The translations under genes and the position numbers were made by a program. This document shows positions 10,003 to 20,090 of a DNA stretch of 64,000 nucleotides, piece after piece. Position 1 is the stretch's first letter. Every line of letters starts with the position of its first letter. The stretch is taken from sequence record NC_020851.1. One strand, written 5' to 3'. The notes beneath the pieces were generated by a model. The model saw nothing but the letters and a program-made list of their open reading frames with translations, made no database searches and was not told the DNA's origin.

Positions 10003-11234
10003 TTACTTTTTTCTATATTTATTTATAAATTGTTTGCCCCATTCACTTCCCGGAACCATTTTCTCCACATACTTTCGATGAGCATCAGTTCCTATAAGTC
10101 TTTGATCAGCAGGAACACCAGAAGGTGCATTACTATTAGTTACTGCTTCGGATACATCTTTAATCCAGGACTTAAACATAATGTTATCTTCGGTGACACA
10201 AATCAGGTAGTTAGTTCCACGACGAATAATCTTACCAACCAATCCAGTGTTTAAATTTTCCACTACACTACCAACGGCATAAACTTTATTTTTGATAAAG
10301 TTCTCACGAAGATTTTTCCAATCAAACTTAGGAGCAATCTCCCACATGTTCCACCCTTCTTTGATTTGCATCGCAGCACGAAGAGTGTTATAAAGGTCTT
10401 TTGTTTGCTTACTATTCATCGTAGAAGGAATACCTTTACGGAATGCTGCAAAGTCTCCTTCTGCTGCTGCTTTTCTTTGCTTTGATGCAGACATTCCTTC
10501 TGTTCCTTCTGCATCAGGATCTCTATCTCCAGCAGAAAGAACCTCTACATTATCAAAGGCATAAAGTTTTCCATTATAGTCATTTGATAATCTCTCAAAT
10601 TCCTGAACTCTATCTCCACCACCAACAATTCTTACATTTGTATATCCATCATTATGTGCCTTCTTCAGAACATCAAAGATTGTTCTATTCGCAGGATCAT
10701 TTACAATCTTCTCACTATGAGTCGGATACATCTGTCTCATTACTGAAACCTTTGTATCAGGGTCTAATGGATTCTTTTTCTTATTCTGACTACGTGAAGG
10801 TACAATAATATAATCACCCTCATCAGAACTTGCGGCAACCTTATCTAATAGTTTTTCGTGTCCTGTTGTTGGTGGATTAAAACGACCAAATGTAACTGTT
10901 AGTGTTCCCTTTGTTTTTCTACTGGTGGTGGTCCTTCTTGTGTAGGAGCATCTTGTGCGGCAGGTTGTTCTGGTGCTGCTGCTTTTTGTTGAGTCGGTTC
11001 TTGTGCCGGTTGTTTTTCGTATGTTGTTTGTGAAAGTTTCTTTTCTTTATCGGTTGATGGAGGATCTTGTTTTCCTACTCTCTGTCTCTTATTATAAAAT
11101 TTTAGAGTTCCTTTTACCGTCTTCGCAACAAACTCACCATCTTTATACCATCCACCATGCCCGTCTCCTTCAAGACCTAATCTTGCGGCCTGTTGTGCTG
11201 CAGATTCAAATAGAAATTGGAAGAAACTCTTCAT
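10003..11234 (-). CDS. Cytidylyltransferase-like (class I nucleotidyltransferase, HxGH family) protein; one apparent homopolymer frameshift at about 10916
   Basis: Joining the frames gives ...EKTKGTLTVTFGRFNPPTTGHEKLL...VGGGDRV...SAGDRDPD...MSASKQR. Confidence 0.85.
10020..10027 (-). promoter_or_regulatory. T4-type late promoter TATAAATA
   Basis: Exact match upstream of the 9984 start. Confidence 0.75.
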
Positions 11235-11461
11235 TACTCGTTCAGTTGTTTAATTATAGATTTTTCGTTTGTAACAATGTAACTGAGGACACTCTTCCTC
11301 ATTTTTATATATTTATCTATAATCTTATCTGCCTTGCTTGATGAGATTTTTTTATCAAAGGTCACATAGACGTATGCTAGAAAGTCATTATACTTCCTTT
11401 TGGGCGCCTTTGAGTCCGTTTCGAAGGATTGTAATAATTCTTTAACTTGTGGGTTCATCAT
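11234..11461 (-). CDS. Small hypothetical protein
   Basis: About 75-aa ORF coupled to both neighbours. Confidence 0.7.
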   Translation of the reverse strand: MMNPQVKELLQSFETDSKAPKRKYNDFLAYVYVTFDKKISSSKADKIIDKYIKMRKSVLSYIVTNEKSIIKQLNE

Positions 11462-12738
11462 CAATATCTTTTTGCACTAAGTCCTGGTTTTCCAAATACC
11501 TTAATAAAAGGTCCAGCAGTCGCAGATTCTTTTTTCATAGCATCAACCAGTACATGCATAAACATATCAAATTTTTTCTTCTTAGATATCATATAATATC
11601 GATGCAACCACTCCATTCCCCATAACTTAGCAGTTAATCTACTTCCAGCAGATCTACCAGTTTTTGTTCTTGCACCTCTTTGATCAGCAAGACATGCTTC
11701 ATTAAGTGCTGCTTCAAATCCCCTCTCAATTGGAGTAGTCCCTTCTTCATATTTTCCAGGTCTACCAAAATCTATTTTTTACCATCAATTGTAGCAGAAC
11801 TAAGAGTATTATATAATTTAATCCAATACTGTTTGTCAGCATCAGACCAAACTTGTCCAGCACTAGGAATATGTGGGTGTTTTGCTGGTGCAGGAACCTC
11901 AGATAAACCACATTTTTTACAAATGCATCCAACTTTTCGATAGATGCTTTACCAAGCATGGCACCTGTTCCTCCCGTAGGTTTTCCAGTATGTTGAGGTT
12001 TTTCTCTAGGTTGCTTTGCTTGAAATGTTCTTCCCTGTACATCAACTGACATCGCATCTCTACCAGCCCCACCCCTATCAACCATATTCCAAGAAATTTC
12101 TTGTGCAAATTTCCATTCATTCGCATTTGCATCCCATGCCAAATCACATGAAAAATTATCTGCAGTAAACTCATGAAGAGATCTTCTTTTTGCTTCTCTA
12201 GTCATAAGTTTAGAACTCATCTCAAAGGCGCCTCTTTCATTCTTACCAACTTTTTTAAGAGAAACTGGCATCAACGTTTTATCTCTAATATATTCTTCCA
12301 TCAAGGAATTCAAAGTATTTAAGTTTAATAGTTTATCACCAGTATCACACATCTCGATTATTCTTTTTTTATCTTTGACTCTTCTGATTTTTTTACGGCA
12401 ACAACATCCATGGGATTCCAACTATCAAGAGATCCAGTAATCCCACCTTTTTGTTGTGCGATTTTATTCAAGAAGTCCATCATACCACTCGCCTGATCTC
12501 TTGACCAAGACCAACCTGTCGTTGGAATACCTCTCGATATCATATAATTCATGAGACCAATAACCTGCTCATCATAACTTCTTCTCCACTCAGCATTTGC
12601 CTGAGGGTAAACCCCACTCTTACCAAATGCTTTCTTATCCAGATCAGAATATTGTTTATCGTTGAGATTAAATTTCTTATCACAGTGTTCTTTAAAGAAC
12701 AAAATAGAACAATCTTCTTGTTTCGCAGTGTTACTCAT
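11461..12738 (-). CDS. Hypothetical ~426-aa protein, possible PD-(D/E)xK-like nuclease; three apparent homopolymer frameshifts
   Basis: Fragments join after adding one A at about 12367, 11915 and 11778; motifs WNPMDVV, PVSLKK and C-terminal GPFIKVF; AATAAATA upstream at 12760-12767. Confidence 0.65.
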
Positions 12739-12773
12739 AACACATAATACTTTTTTAAGTATTTATTATGAAG

Positions 12774-12965
12774 TTATAATCCTTTGAGATAGTCTTTCTC
12801 TTTTTGATATGGAACTATCTCACCAGTATAATGTTTCCATCCTTCTTGAATATCGGGAACTAACCATTGGTCAACACGATAACAATATTTCCAGTTCACA
12901 GGTTGTATACAATTCATCACAACTACCGTCCAGAATGATATGAGATAGTTGAGAATTGTATACAT
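12774..12965 (-). CDS. Small hypothetical protein
   Basis: 63-aa ORF in operon. Confidence 0.7.
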   Translation of the reverse strand: MYTILNYLISFWTVVVMNCIQPVNWKYCYRVDQWLVPDIQEGWKHYTGEIVPYQKEKDYLKGL

Positions 12966-13153
12966 TATTCTTCCTTAAGTGCCTCTTCGATTTGTTCATC
13001 AAGACTTACAATTGCTTGACGAATATCAATCACACGTTGTGGACAAATCGTAGGATCATAAGTATACCCTTTCGTATCAGTAAACAATGACTGACGAACT
13101 GCTGCTGCCTGATAGACAGATAGTTCTAATGTTACTTTTTTATCTTGACTCAT
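12965..13153 (-). CDS. Small hypothetical protein
   Basis: 62-aa ORF, coupled. Confidence 0.7.
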   Translation of the reverse strand: MSQDKKVTLELSVYQAAAVRQSLFTDTKGYTYDPTICPQRVIDIRQAIVSLDEQIEEALKEE

Positions 13154-13374
13154 AAGTAGTTTTCTCCAAGAACAGCATCCTCCATTTCAATTAGTTCTTC
13201 ATGTTCTTCAGACCTTTTAATAAAATCTTCAGTCCACATTTTTATTCTCTTAAGAGAATTTAATCTCACATCTCGATAGAATTTTTCATCAGTTCTAATG
13301 TGATCCCACCTTTGAAGTTCACCAGCAACAGACTGCGAAAATCCACTTGTAAAGTCGTATTCTTTTTTAGTCAT
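13150..13374 (-). CDS. Small hypothetical protein
   Basis: 74-aa ORF with ATGA overlap. Confidence 0.6.
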   Translation of the reverse strand: MTKKEYDFTSGFSQSVAGELQRWDHIRTDEKFYRDVRLNSLKRIKMWTEDFIKRSEEHEELIEMEDAVLGENYL

Positions 13375-13600
13375 AATTACCCCTTTTGTTTTCTATTTTA
13401 TCGTAAATTTTTGATATTTCAGATTCAAAAAATTTTCTATCTCTCTTTATTTGATCCTGAGTATTAGTTACATAATCGTAATTATGAATATTATTTTTTA
13501 TAGCATACTCCAATTTATGAATACGAGATTGAAATTTAAGTATTTTAATATACAATATACCAATTATGACAATACAAACTCCTATTACGAATTCAGTCAA
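13367..13600 (-). CDS. Small hypothetical protein with an N-terminal TM helix
   Basis: FVIGVCIVIIGILYI hydrophobic stretch. Confidence 0.6.
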   Translation of the reverse strand: MTEFVIGVCIVIIGILYIKILKFQSRIHKLEYAIKNNIHNYDYVTNTQDQIKRDRKFFESEISKIYDKIENKRGNYD

Positions 13601-14001
13601 AGGTCTCCCTCAACACGGTTTTCAGAATAATGGACATCAAACTCACCACCAGGATATCTTGACTTGAGTTTATCAACATTCATCTCAATGATATCATCAA
13701 GAGAAATATTGAGACCCATACATGCCTGTGCCACATACCACATAATATCACCAAGTTCACGTTTGAGATGGAACAGATTCTCTTCGGTGACTGGTTTACC
13801 CTGAAAGATAATCTTCTTCACAACTTCAGTAAACTCACCTGCTTCGGCACACATACCAACAGAGGCAGTGAGGAGACGATGTGTTTCAAATCCTTCTCCA
13901 CGAAGTTCTTGAATGCGATGCTCAAAGGCATCAGCATCTTGACTGGGTTGAGATGTGACGGCATTCACAAACTCAAGATATGCGTCAGTATTTACGGTCA
14001 T
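13597..14001 (-). CDS. mazG: MazG-like NTP pyrophosphohydrolase
   Basis: EAGEF..VKK, KRELGDIMWY, NVDKLKSRYP motifs. Confidence 0.92.
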   Translation of the reverse strand: MTVNTDAYLEFVNAVTSQPSQDADAFEHRIQELRGEGFETHRLLTASVGMCAEAGEFTEVVKKIIFQGKPVTEENLFHLKRELGDIMWYVAQACMGLNISLDDIIEMNVDKLKSRYPGGEFDVHYSENRVEGDL

Positions 14002-15374
14002 GAAAATTTAAATCCCTCAAATGATTTCTTCGGTCTATCCTCGTTATTATACTCTTCTTCCTGTCCAGAGTCAAGTATATTATCTTGTGCTGACTGTTCA
14101 CAATCATAAAGACGCATCTTGGAACGATCAATTCCAATCACAAATCTCTTATTGACTACAGTATCATTGTATCTGTTCTTCAATTGCTTCACCATTATCT
14201 GTCCAATCTGCTCAAGTTCCTCAGTGCTAATAAGGGCAAACATAAGATCAGCAGTAGCAGGGAGACCAAAGGACTCAGAAGTGTCAGTAAGGTCAACGTC
14301 AGAGCTACCAAAACCAGAACGAGTGGTCTGGGTGGCAGATACGATAGGGACCTCGGCTTCGCCAGCCAACCCTCTAAGCTCCTCTGCAATAGATTTAATA
14401 TATGAATATGAATTGACAGACATCCCTGACTTATAACGGGAGGAAGCACATATATTAAGGTAATCAATGAAAATAATATCAGGTCTAAATGACTTCTTAA
14501 GTGCAAGCTCACTAAGAAGTGCTTTAAAATGTCCACTATGTGCAGATGCTGTAGGATATTCTTTAATTATAAGTGTGCCTTGAGTTTTTGCTGCTAACTT
14601 AGTTACTTTATTCTCAAACGTTGACTTAGGCAAATCTACAATGTTCTGAATAGCAACATCTAATAAGTTCGCATCAATTCGTTCAGCAATTTTCTCTTCT
14701 GCCATCTCCATTGTAATGTAGAGTACGTTTTTCCCTTGGAGCAACACGGAGCTAGCAACATGGCACATGAATAAAGACTTCCCGACACCAGTACCAGCAA
14801 GCGCGATAGTAAGAGTCTTATTAGATATACCCCCGCTCGTAATCTTATTAAGGTATTCGAGATCAAACGAAACCTTCTCCTCCTTCCTGTGATAGTACTC
14901 ATATCTTTCTTGATAGTTTTCTAAGTAGTCATGTCCAATGTTGTTGTCAAAAGAAACTGCCAGTGCATCAGAAAGAATAGAAGGAATCGCATCCCTACTC
15001 TTCTTCTCATCGTTTCCATCCGCAATATGAATAGATTCCATCAGTGCAAGATAAATCGCACGATCACGACACCACTTTTCGGTAGTATCTAATAACCATT
15101 CATTATCTACTGGAAGATCCGTAAACGAATTGCAGATATCTCTAGTTTCTTTAATCTCACTCTCGTTTAGATCTGTCCGATTCTCAACCTCAATATTTAG
15201 TGCTTCTGCTGTAATAGCAGAACCATACTTCACAATGAACTGAGTAATCTCCTCAAAGATTACTTTTTCACCTCTTTGCTCAAAATATGTTGGTTCTATA
15301 AATGGAATGACTTTACGAGAATAATTTTCGTTGCATATTAAGTTTCTGAGAATTGTAGTCTCAATCCGTTCCAT
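13998..15374 (-). CDS. gp41: Replicative DNA helicase (T4 gp41-like)
   Basis: AGTGVGKS Walker A, ITMEMAEE, IDYLNI, SESFGLPATAD, KQLKNRY. Confidence 0.96.
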   Translation of the reverse strand: MERIETTILRNLICNENYSRKVIPFIEPTYFEQRGEKVIFEEITQFIVKYGSAITAEALNIEVENRTDLNESEIKETRDICNSFTDLPVDNEWLLDTTEKWCRDRAIYLALMESIHIADGNDEKKSRDAIPSILSDALAVSFDNNIGHDYLENYQERYEYYHRKEEKVSFDLEYLNKITSGGISNKTLTIALAGTGVGKSLFMCHVASSVLLQGKNVLYITMEMAEEKIAERIDANLLDVAIQNIVDLPKSTFENKVTKLAAKTQGTLIIKEYPTASAHSGHFKALLSELALKKSFRPDIIFIDYLNICASSRYKSGMSVNSYSYIKSIAEELRGLAGEAEVPIVSATQTTRSGFGSSDVDLTDTSESFGLPATADLMFALISTEELEQIGQIMVKQLKNRYNDTVVNKRFVIGIDRSKMRLYDCEQSAQDNILDSGQEEEYNNEDRPKKSFEGFKFS

Positions 15375-16368
15375 AAGAGAAAATTTTCTTCGCGGCAGCA
15401 TCAAGTTGCTGCATTACTTCTTCTGTAAAATAAACTTCTGGGTCTTTTAGAATTGCCTTGGCATATACTTTTTTACCATCCATTTCATAACGACCGGCAA
15501 CGTTCTTCCACATTCCGGCAAGTTCACCTAACTCAAGTAAACCATAATACCTATCAAGACCCCGATGATCATAAAATAAACGAATAGTGACATCCTTGTT
15601 TTCTTTACTCAGACGTGACTTAGCAGTCTTTGCCTTGATAAGATTTCCAATGACTTCTGTTCCATCTTTTTCTTTCTTCTTGCTGAGATGAATAATGGTA
15701 CTGGCAGCATACTTAAGACCACTACCACCTCCCATCTCTTTAGTAGGAACATAAGAGCCGATAACGTCATAAGTGTGGTTGGTAACAATCATTGGAATTT
15801 TAGCCTGCCCTAACTTGAGTGTCAACATTCTGAAGGCACCCTTGATCAGTTGTGATTTTGTCATATCACGAACCAGTTTTTCGTTGAGTGCATCAGTAAT
15901 CTCTTTCTCAGTCGAAAGCATTCCTAAAGAGTCTAGCACAAACATGCAGGGTTTGCGTTCTTCCTCAGGTGCTTTTTGATACATATCCACTGCCTTGAGT
16001 GCTTTACTGCGGAACTCCTCAACAGTTACTACATTGACCACGACAAGACGTGTGAGATCAATTCCTCTGCTTTCTAAGAGTGACTTATTGACAGCTGCCT
16101 CAGTATCAAAATACAGGCAATATCCATCAGGATTAGAGTCCAGAAAATTCTTAACCACTGCGAGCGAGAAAAAAGTTTTTCCCGTAGAACTTTCACCAGC
16201 AATTGCAGTGATTTTATTACCAGAAACACCCCCACGGATAGAGCCAGATACAAGAGCATTAAAGATGAACGAACCAGTGTCAACGTATGTTTCAGTTTCG
16301 TCAATGTCTGCTGCCAGTTTGGTAAAGTCATCTCCGATTTCCTTTACGATGTCTTTTAAAAAATCCAT
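15361..16368 (-). CDS. uvsX: RecA-like recombinase
   Basis: GESSTGKT Walker A, FDTE, VLDSLG, GGGSGLKYAAS. Confidence 0.95.
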   Translation of the reverse strand: MDFLKDIVKEIGDDFTKLAADIDETETYVDTGSFIFNALVSGSIRGGVSGNKITAIAGESSTGKTFFSLAVVKNFLDSNPDGYCLYFDTEAAVNKSLLESRGIDLTRLVVVNVVTVEEFRSKALKAVDMYQKAPEEERKPCMFVLDSLGMLSTEKEITDALNEKLVRDMTKSQLIKGAFRMLTLKLGQAKIPMIVTNHTYDVIGSYVPTKEMGGGSGLKYAASTIIHLSKKKEKDGTEVIGNLIKAKTAKSRLSKENKDVTIRLFYDHRGLDRYYGLLELGELAGMWKNVAGRYEMDGKKVYAKAILKDPEVYFTEEVMQQLDAAAKKIFSYGTD

Positions 16369-18868
16369 TATACAAAAATAAATCAAGGTTTACTGTTTTC
16401 TCCACGTTCCACCCAATCGCATCAAGAATAGATTTGAGTGGGTCTAAAAAACTCTTTTCAAATTGTAGTTCATAATCTATGTATTTGTCAAGACCGAGTT
16501 CATGTGGAAAGTCTTGAATAAATGAGATGACATTCTCCTGAATGATATTTGGTTTCTTCAGATAAATGAACTTGATTTTCTCACCGTTATTGATAAGTGA
16601 GTATTTATTATCAAGTTTCTTCTCCTTAATATAATGATTGAACAACAATGCTCCACGACAATGAATAGGAGTTCCTTTACTATAGATGTTGGCATAAGAT
16701 CTATACTTCACGACATCCGATACCGAACGGGGGAATGCGATTTTCTCCGGAGGAAGTGCCTTGAATTCTTTACGGCAATTATCAATAAAGTCAATTACTT
16801 CTTCTTCAGTACCACTCATCATCAGTTTGAGACCATCCTTAATCATCGTTCTACACGGTGCCGGTGTAGATGATTTGACTGCCTCAATACCCATCATCTT
16901 AAGTTTAGGTTCTGAATACTGAACTCCTTCACTGTTCCATACGTTGAGAATATATCTCTTCTTCGCAGTCCAAATACCACGTTCTGATATATTCTCACGT
17001 TTCATAATCATCTTTTGTTCATATGCCGAAACGTAATTCGCAAGTTCCGTATAAGATTGTTCGATGAACGGTTCCAACTTGTCTTCGCAGATCTTATCAA
17101 GTAACTGAACAACTTTTGTTTTATCGTCAGACTTATGACTAAGAAATTTATCAACAAGAGGTCCCATATTAAGATAGATTGAGTCAGTGTCAGATGCGAT
17201 AACATAATCGACTTTCTCTGTTTGCAAAATCTTATTTAGAAATCCGTTCATCTTATTCTCAATCCAACGGATAGAGACTTGACCAGAAAGCGTAATCGCT
17301 TCCGCATTGACCAGTTTGTAGTAACGGAAATATTGATTACCGATAGCACCATATGCAGAGTTGAGTTGAATCTTGCGAGCCATCTGAATATTGTTACATC
17401 TTGCAATCTCCTTCTCCAATGCCTTAGTCGGAGTTTTTTCATAATCCTGTTTTGCAATAAGCATCTTCTTCTTATAGATGGTGCGATCCTTATAAATCTT
17501 CTCCATCAATTCAGGTAGGAACCCACGAACATCTTTACGATACATGGCACCGTTAGCACACACTGCACTGTCCTTATACAATTCAAAAGTCAGTTCTTCG
17601 TTAAGTATCTTATCAACTGTAACTGATGGGTGCCTGGTCTCTCGGAGTGTCTCTGGAGAGATGTTGTACTGCATGATAAGATGAGGATAAAGAGAGTTAA
17701 GGTCAAAAGACACAACCCAATCATACTTTCCCGGAAACGGTTCCTTAACATATGCTCCTGCATACTTGGCATCTTTGTCCGAACGTTCTTTGGGTGGAAT
17801 TACAATATTTCTCTTTTTAAGATAATTGTAAATGATCGCATCCCACATACGAACTTGATAAAACACATCATTATAATTCACCTTAGCATCATATGCCATA
17901 GTGATTGCAAGTTCAATCAATTTCATCTTGTCTTCCATACGGTCAACAAGTTCCACGTCAATGATATTATACTCTACAAATTTCTGCCACCCGTTAGTGT
18001 AGAAATCTTTAAATGTATCAAACTGAGAGTGATCAAGTTTCTTTTGCCCAAGTTCCACACTTGCAATATAATCCAACCGATAAGACTCTTGTGCTTTATA
18101 AGTAAACTTCTTATAGAGATTTAGATAATCAAGTTGTGTAATACCTCCAACATCATAAGAGATCTGTTTACGACCCATTACAATAGTCTCACGTTCAGTC
18201 ACCAAACCCCAAGGAGAAAGTCGTTTCATTAACTTCTCACCAAGAATGCGATCAATACGCCTCACCAAATAAGGCATATCATACAATTCACTATTCCATC
18301 CAGTCACAACTTCAGGAGTATTAGTCTCAATCATCCACCAGTTTATAAAGTCATTCAGTAACTCATATTCTGTTCTGAAACTTTTGTAGATAATATTCTC
18401 TTGCTTATTATTGAATGGTCCCTGACCCCAGGTGCGAATCTGTTTTGTAGTATAATCTTGCACAGTAATAAGAAGAACCTCTTCTGCAGCAGACTCTACA
18501 TCAGGGAATCCATTCTCAGTCTTTACCTCAATATCAATTGTAGATATTTTGATCTTTGTAGTGTCAAACTTGACTTCTTCTTCGGGATACATCTCAGAAA
18601 TATACTGATAGATGTATCGGTCATTACCATAGACCTTAAAGTTTTGGACACCATCATATTTCTTGATGAACTCTCTACAATCACGAACAGTTCCCGGATC
18701 TATTGATTCAACATAGTCTCCCTCAAGAGTTTTATATTTTGTTTCTTTATTAGAAGGGACAAATAATGTAGGATAAAACTTTTCTCTTGTAGCAAAATGC
18801 CTTCCGTTCTCATACCCACGCACAAGAAAGTGGTCACCGACCATTTGAACGTTTGTGTAGAACCGCAT
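16328..18868 (-). CDS. gp43: Family B DNA polymerase (T4 gp43-like); true stop probably about 16367
   Basis: DIE exo I, SFDLNSLYP, KIQLNSAYG, SDTDS, KKRY; one missing T at 16374-16378 would give ...LFFV-stop. Confidence 0.97.
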   Translation of the reverse strand: MRFYTNVQMVGDHFLVRGYENGRHFATREKFYPTLFVPSNKETKYKTLEGDYVESIDPGTVRDCREFIKKYDGVQNFKVYGNDRYIYQYISEMYPEEEVKFDTTKIKISTIDIEVKTENGFPDVESAAEEVLLITVQDYTTKQIRTWGQGPFNNKQENIIYKSFRTEYELLNDFINWWMIETNTPEVVTGWNSELYDMPYLVRRIDRILGEKLMKRLSPWGLVTERETIVMGRKQISYDVGGITQLDYLNLYKKFTYKAQESYRLDYIASVELGQKKLDHSQFDTFKDFYTNGWQKFVEYNIIDVELVDRMEDKMKLIELAITMAYDAKVNYNDVFYQVRMWDAIIYNYLKKRNIVIPPKERSDKDAKYAGAYVKEPFPGKYDWVVSFDLNSLYPHLIMQYNISPETLRETRHPSVTVDKILNEELTFELYKDSAVCANGAMYRKDVRGFLPELMEKIYKDRTIYKKKMLIAKQDYEKTPTKALEKEIARCNNIQMARKIQLNSAYGAIGNQYFRYYKLVNAEAITLSGQVSIRWIENKMNGFLNKILQTEKVDYVIASDTDSIYLNMGPLVDKFLSHKSDDKTKVVQLLDKICEDKLEPFIEQSYTELANYVSAYEQKMIMKRENISERGIWTAKKRYILNVWNSEGVQYSEPKLKMMGIEAVKSSTPAPCRTMIKDGLKLMMSGTEEEVIDFIDNCRKEFKALPPEKIAFPRSVSDVVKYRSYANIYSKGTPIHCRGALLFNHYIKEKKLDNKYSLINNGEKIKFIYLKKPNIIQENVISFIQDFPHELGLDKYIDYELQFEKSFLDPLKSILDAIGWNVEKTVNLDLFLYNGFFKRHRKGNRR

Positions 18869-19116
18869 CAGTTAATTTTTTCTAAGTAGTTTTTAAGTAA
18901 GTCTGGTTTAGGATCTGACATAGTAATGATTTTATCAGAACTAATCATAAATTCATTTTGATCTGTATACTCTCCCATCCAAGGAACTAAATCTTTTACA
19001 TCATATGGTTTAATCAGTTTACAGTCTGGTTCTCCAATTTCTGCCCCAACCTCATCAATTTCACTGATGATTTTTTCACTGTTCGTCAGTAGAATCACTT
19101 TGATCATCTTGTCCAT
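18868..19116 (-). CDS. Small hypothetical protein (Sm-like fold suspected)
   Basis: IKVILLTNSEKIISEI...CKLIKPY. Confidence 0.75.
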   Translation of the reverse strand: MDKMIKVILLTNSEKIISEIDEVGAEIGEPDCKLIKPYDVKDLVPWMGEYTDQNEFMISSDKIITMSDPKPDLLKNYLEKIN

Positions 19117-19429
19117 TAATCATTTCCTCGTAAAGGTTTTCAATTTCTTTTACTGGAGTTACAACAGTAACTATCCAGTCAGGTCTTACAGGTATCTCTG
19201 TATCCGTTGTAAGACATATCCACGGTGTAAAATTAACTCCTACATTTCTATCTTCTGATGGAGTTTGTCCTTCTTCCAAAAGAAGAACCTCTTCATTAGA
19301 TGCTAGATCTACAATGTAAGGTTTCTTGAACACATATACATAATTATTTTTATCAGAAATCAGTTCTTTAATTTTAATATCGGCAATTACTGATTCACCT
19401 GATTTCAATAATGCAATCCTAATCGACAT
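19076..19429 (-). CDS. Hypothetical protein (Sm-like fold suspected), possibly paralogous to the downstream gene
   Basis: MSIRIALLKSGESVIADI...FKKPY...FTPWI; start at 19429 follows SD GAGG. Confidence 0.75.
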   Translation of the reverse strand: MSIRIALLKSGESVIADIKIKELISDKNNYVYVFKKPYIVDLASNEEVLLLEEGQTPSEDRNVGVNFTPWICLTTDTEIPVRPDWIVTVVTPVKEIENLYEEMINGQDDQSDSTDEQ

Positions 19430-19450
19430 TTTTAATTTACCTCTCCGAAT

Positions 19451-19503
19451 ATTATAGCATAAAAAAGGAGGGGTTACAACTGGATTTTGCCAGTTACCCC
19501 TCC
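19451..19503 (-). terminator. Terminator hairpin fused to a sigma70-like promoter (TTGTAA-17-TATAAT, extended -10)
   Basis: GGAGGGGT...ACCCCTCC-T6-ATGCTATAAT on the minus strand. Confidence 0.7.
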
Positions 19504-19538
19504 GTCTGCGACGATATTTGGAGTTTACCCAAAAGTAT

Positions 19539-19973
19539 TTAGAACCAGACTTTCTTTTGATGATGTTCGGGAACAATTCTTCCCATAACAATACTCAACA
19601 ACCCATCCTCAAATTCAACTGATCTAACTTCCGTGTCCTCTGCCAGTGTCCAAGATCTGGTGAAAGATCGTTGAGCCATTCCTCTGTGGACATAAGTGGT
19701 TTCTGATTCGGTATCCTCTTTCTGTCCTTCGACAAAGAGTTTTCCGTCTTGTGTGTAGACATTTACTTCTGCTTTTCTAAATCCTGCAAGTGCAAGTTCT
19801 AGTCTTGATTCTACGTTGCTGACCGTGACTAGATTAAATGGTGGATAATTCTTCGTTGTTTCGTGGAGATTAAACAACCTATCGAAGTATTCATCCATTC
19901 CTATGCTATTCCTATTTATGCGTTCCATCAACGCAGGTAGGTCCGCAGCAGTATACCGTGCAAGGTTTCCCAT
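19539..19973 (-). CDS. hsp20: Small heat-shock protein (Hsp20/IbpA family)
   Basis: NYPPFNL, LELALAGF, HRGMAQRSF, FEDGLL. Confidence 0.95.
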   Translation of the reverse strand: MGNLARYTAADLPALMERINRNSIGMDEYFDRLFNLHETTKNYPPFNLVTVSNVESRLELALAGFRKAEVNVYTQDGKLFVEGQKEDTESETTYVHRGMAQRSFTRSWTLAEDTEVRSVEFEDGLLSIVMGRIVPEHHQKKVWF

Positions 19974-20008
19974 GATTCTTAGCTCCTTTAAAAGCGAGTT
20001 TGTGTTTT

Positions 20009-20029
20009 GTGGACCCCGAAGGCATCCAC
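20009..20029 (-). promoter_or_regulatory. UUCG-capped hairpin at the 5' end of the hsp20 leader
   Basis: GTGGATGCC-TTCG-GGGTCCAC directly after the late promoter. Confidence 0.65.
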
Positions 20030-20032
20030 CAT

Positions 20033-20040
20033 TATTTATA
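20033..20040 (-). promoter_or_regulatory. T4-type late promoter TATAAATA, overlapping an extended -10 TGTTATAAT
   Basis: Exact match. Confidence 0.75.
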
Positions 20041-20049
20041 TTATAACAT

Positions 20050-20074
20050 AAAAAAACGGAGTGTTGAACTCCGT
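20050..20074 (-). terminator. Rho-independent terminator
   Basis: ACGGAGT-TCAAC-ACTCCGT plus T run. Confidence 0.8.
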
Positions 20075-20090
20075 AGATTTTTATTCGGTT

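Noticed and set aside
19430-19591. N-terminal extension of the 171-aa track ORF
   Set aside because: It runs through the hsp20 3' end and a terminator/promoter; the SD-supported start is at 19429.
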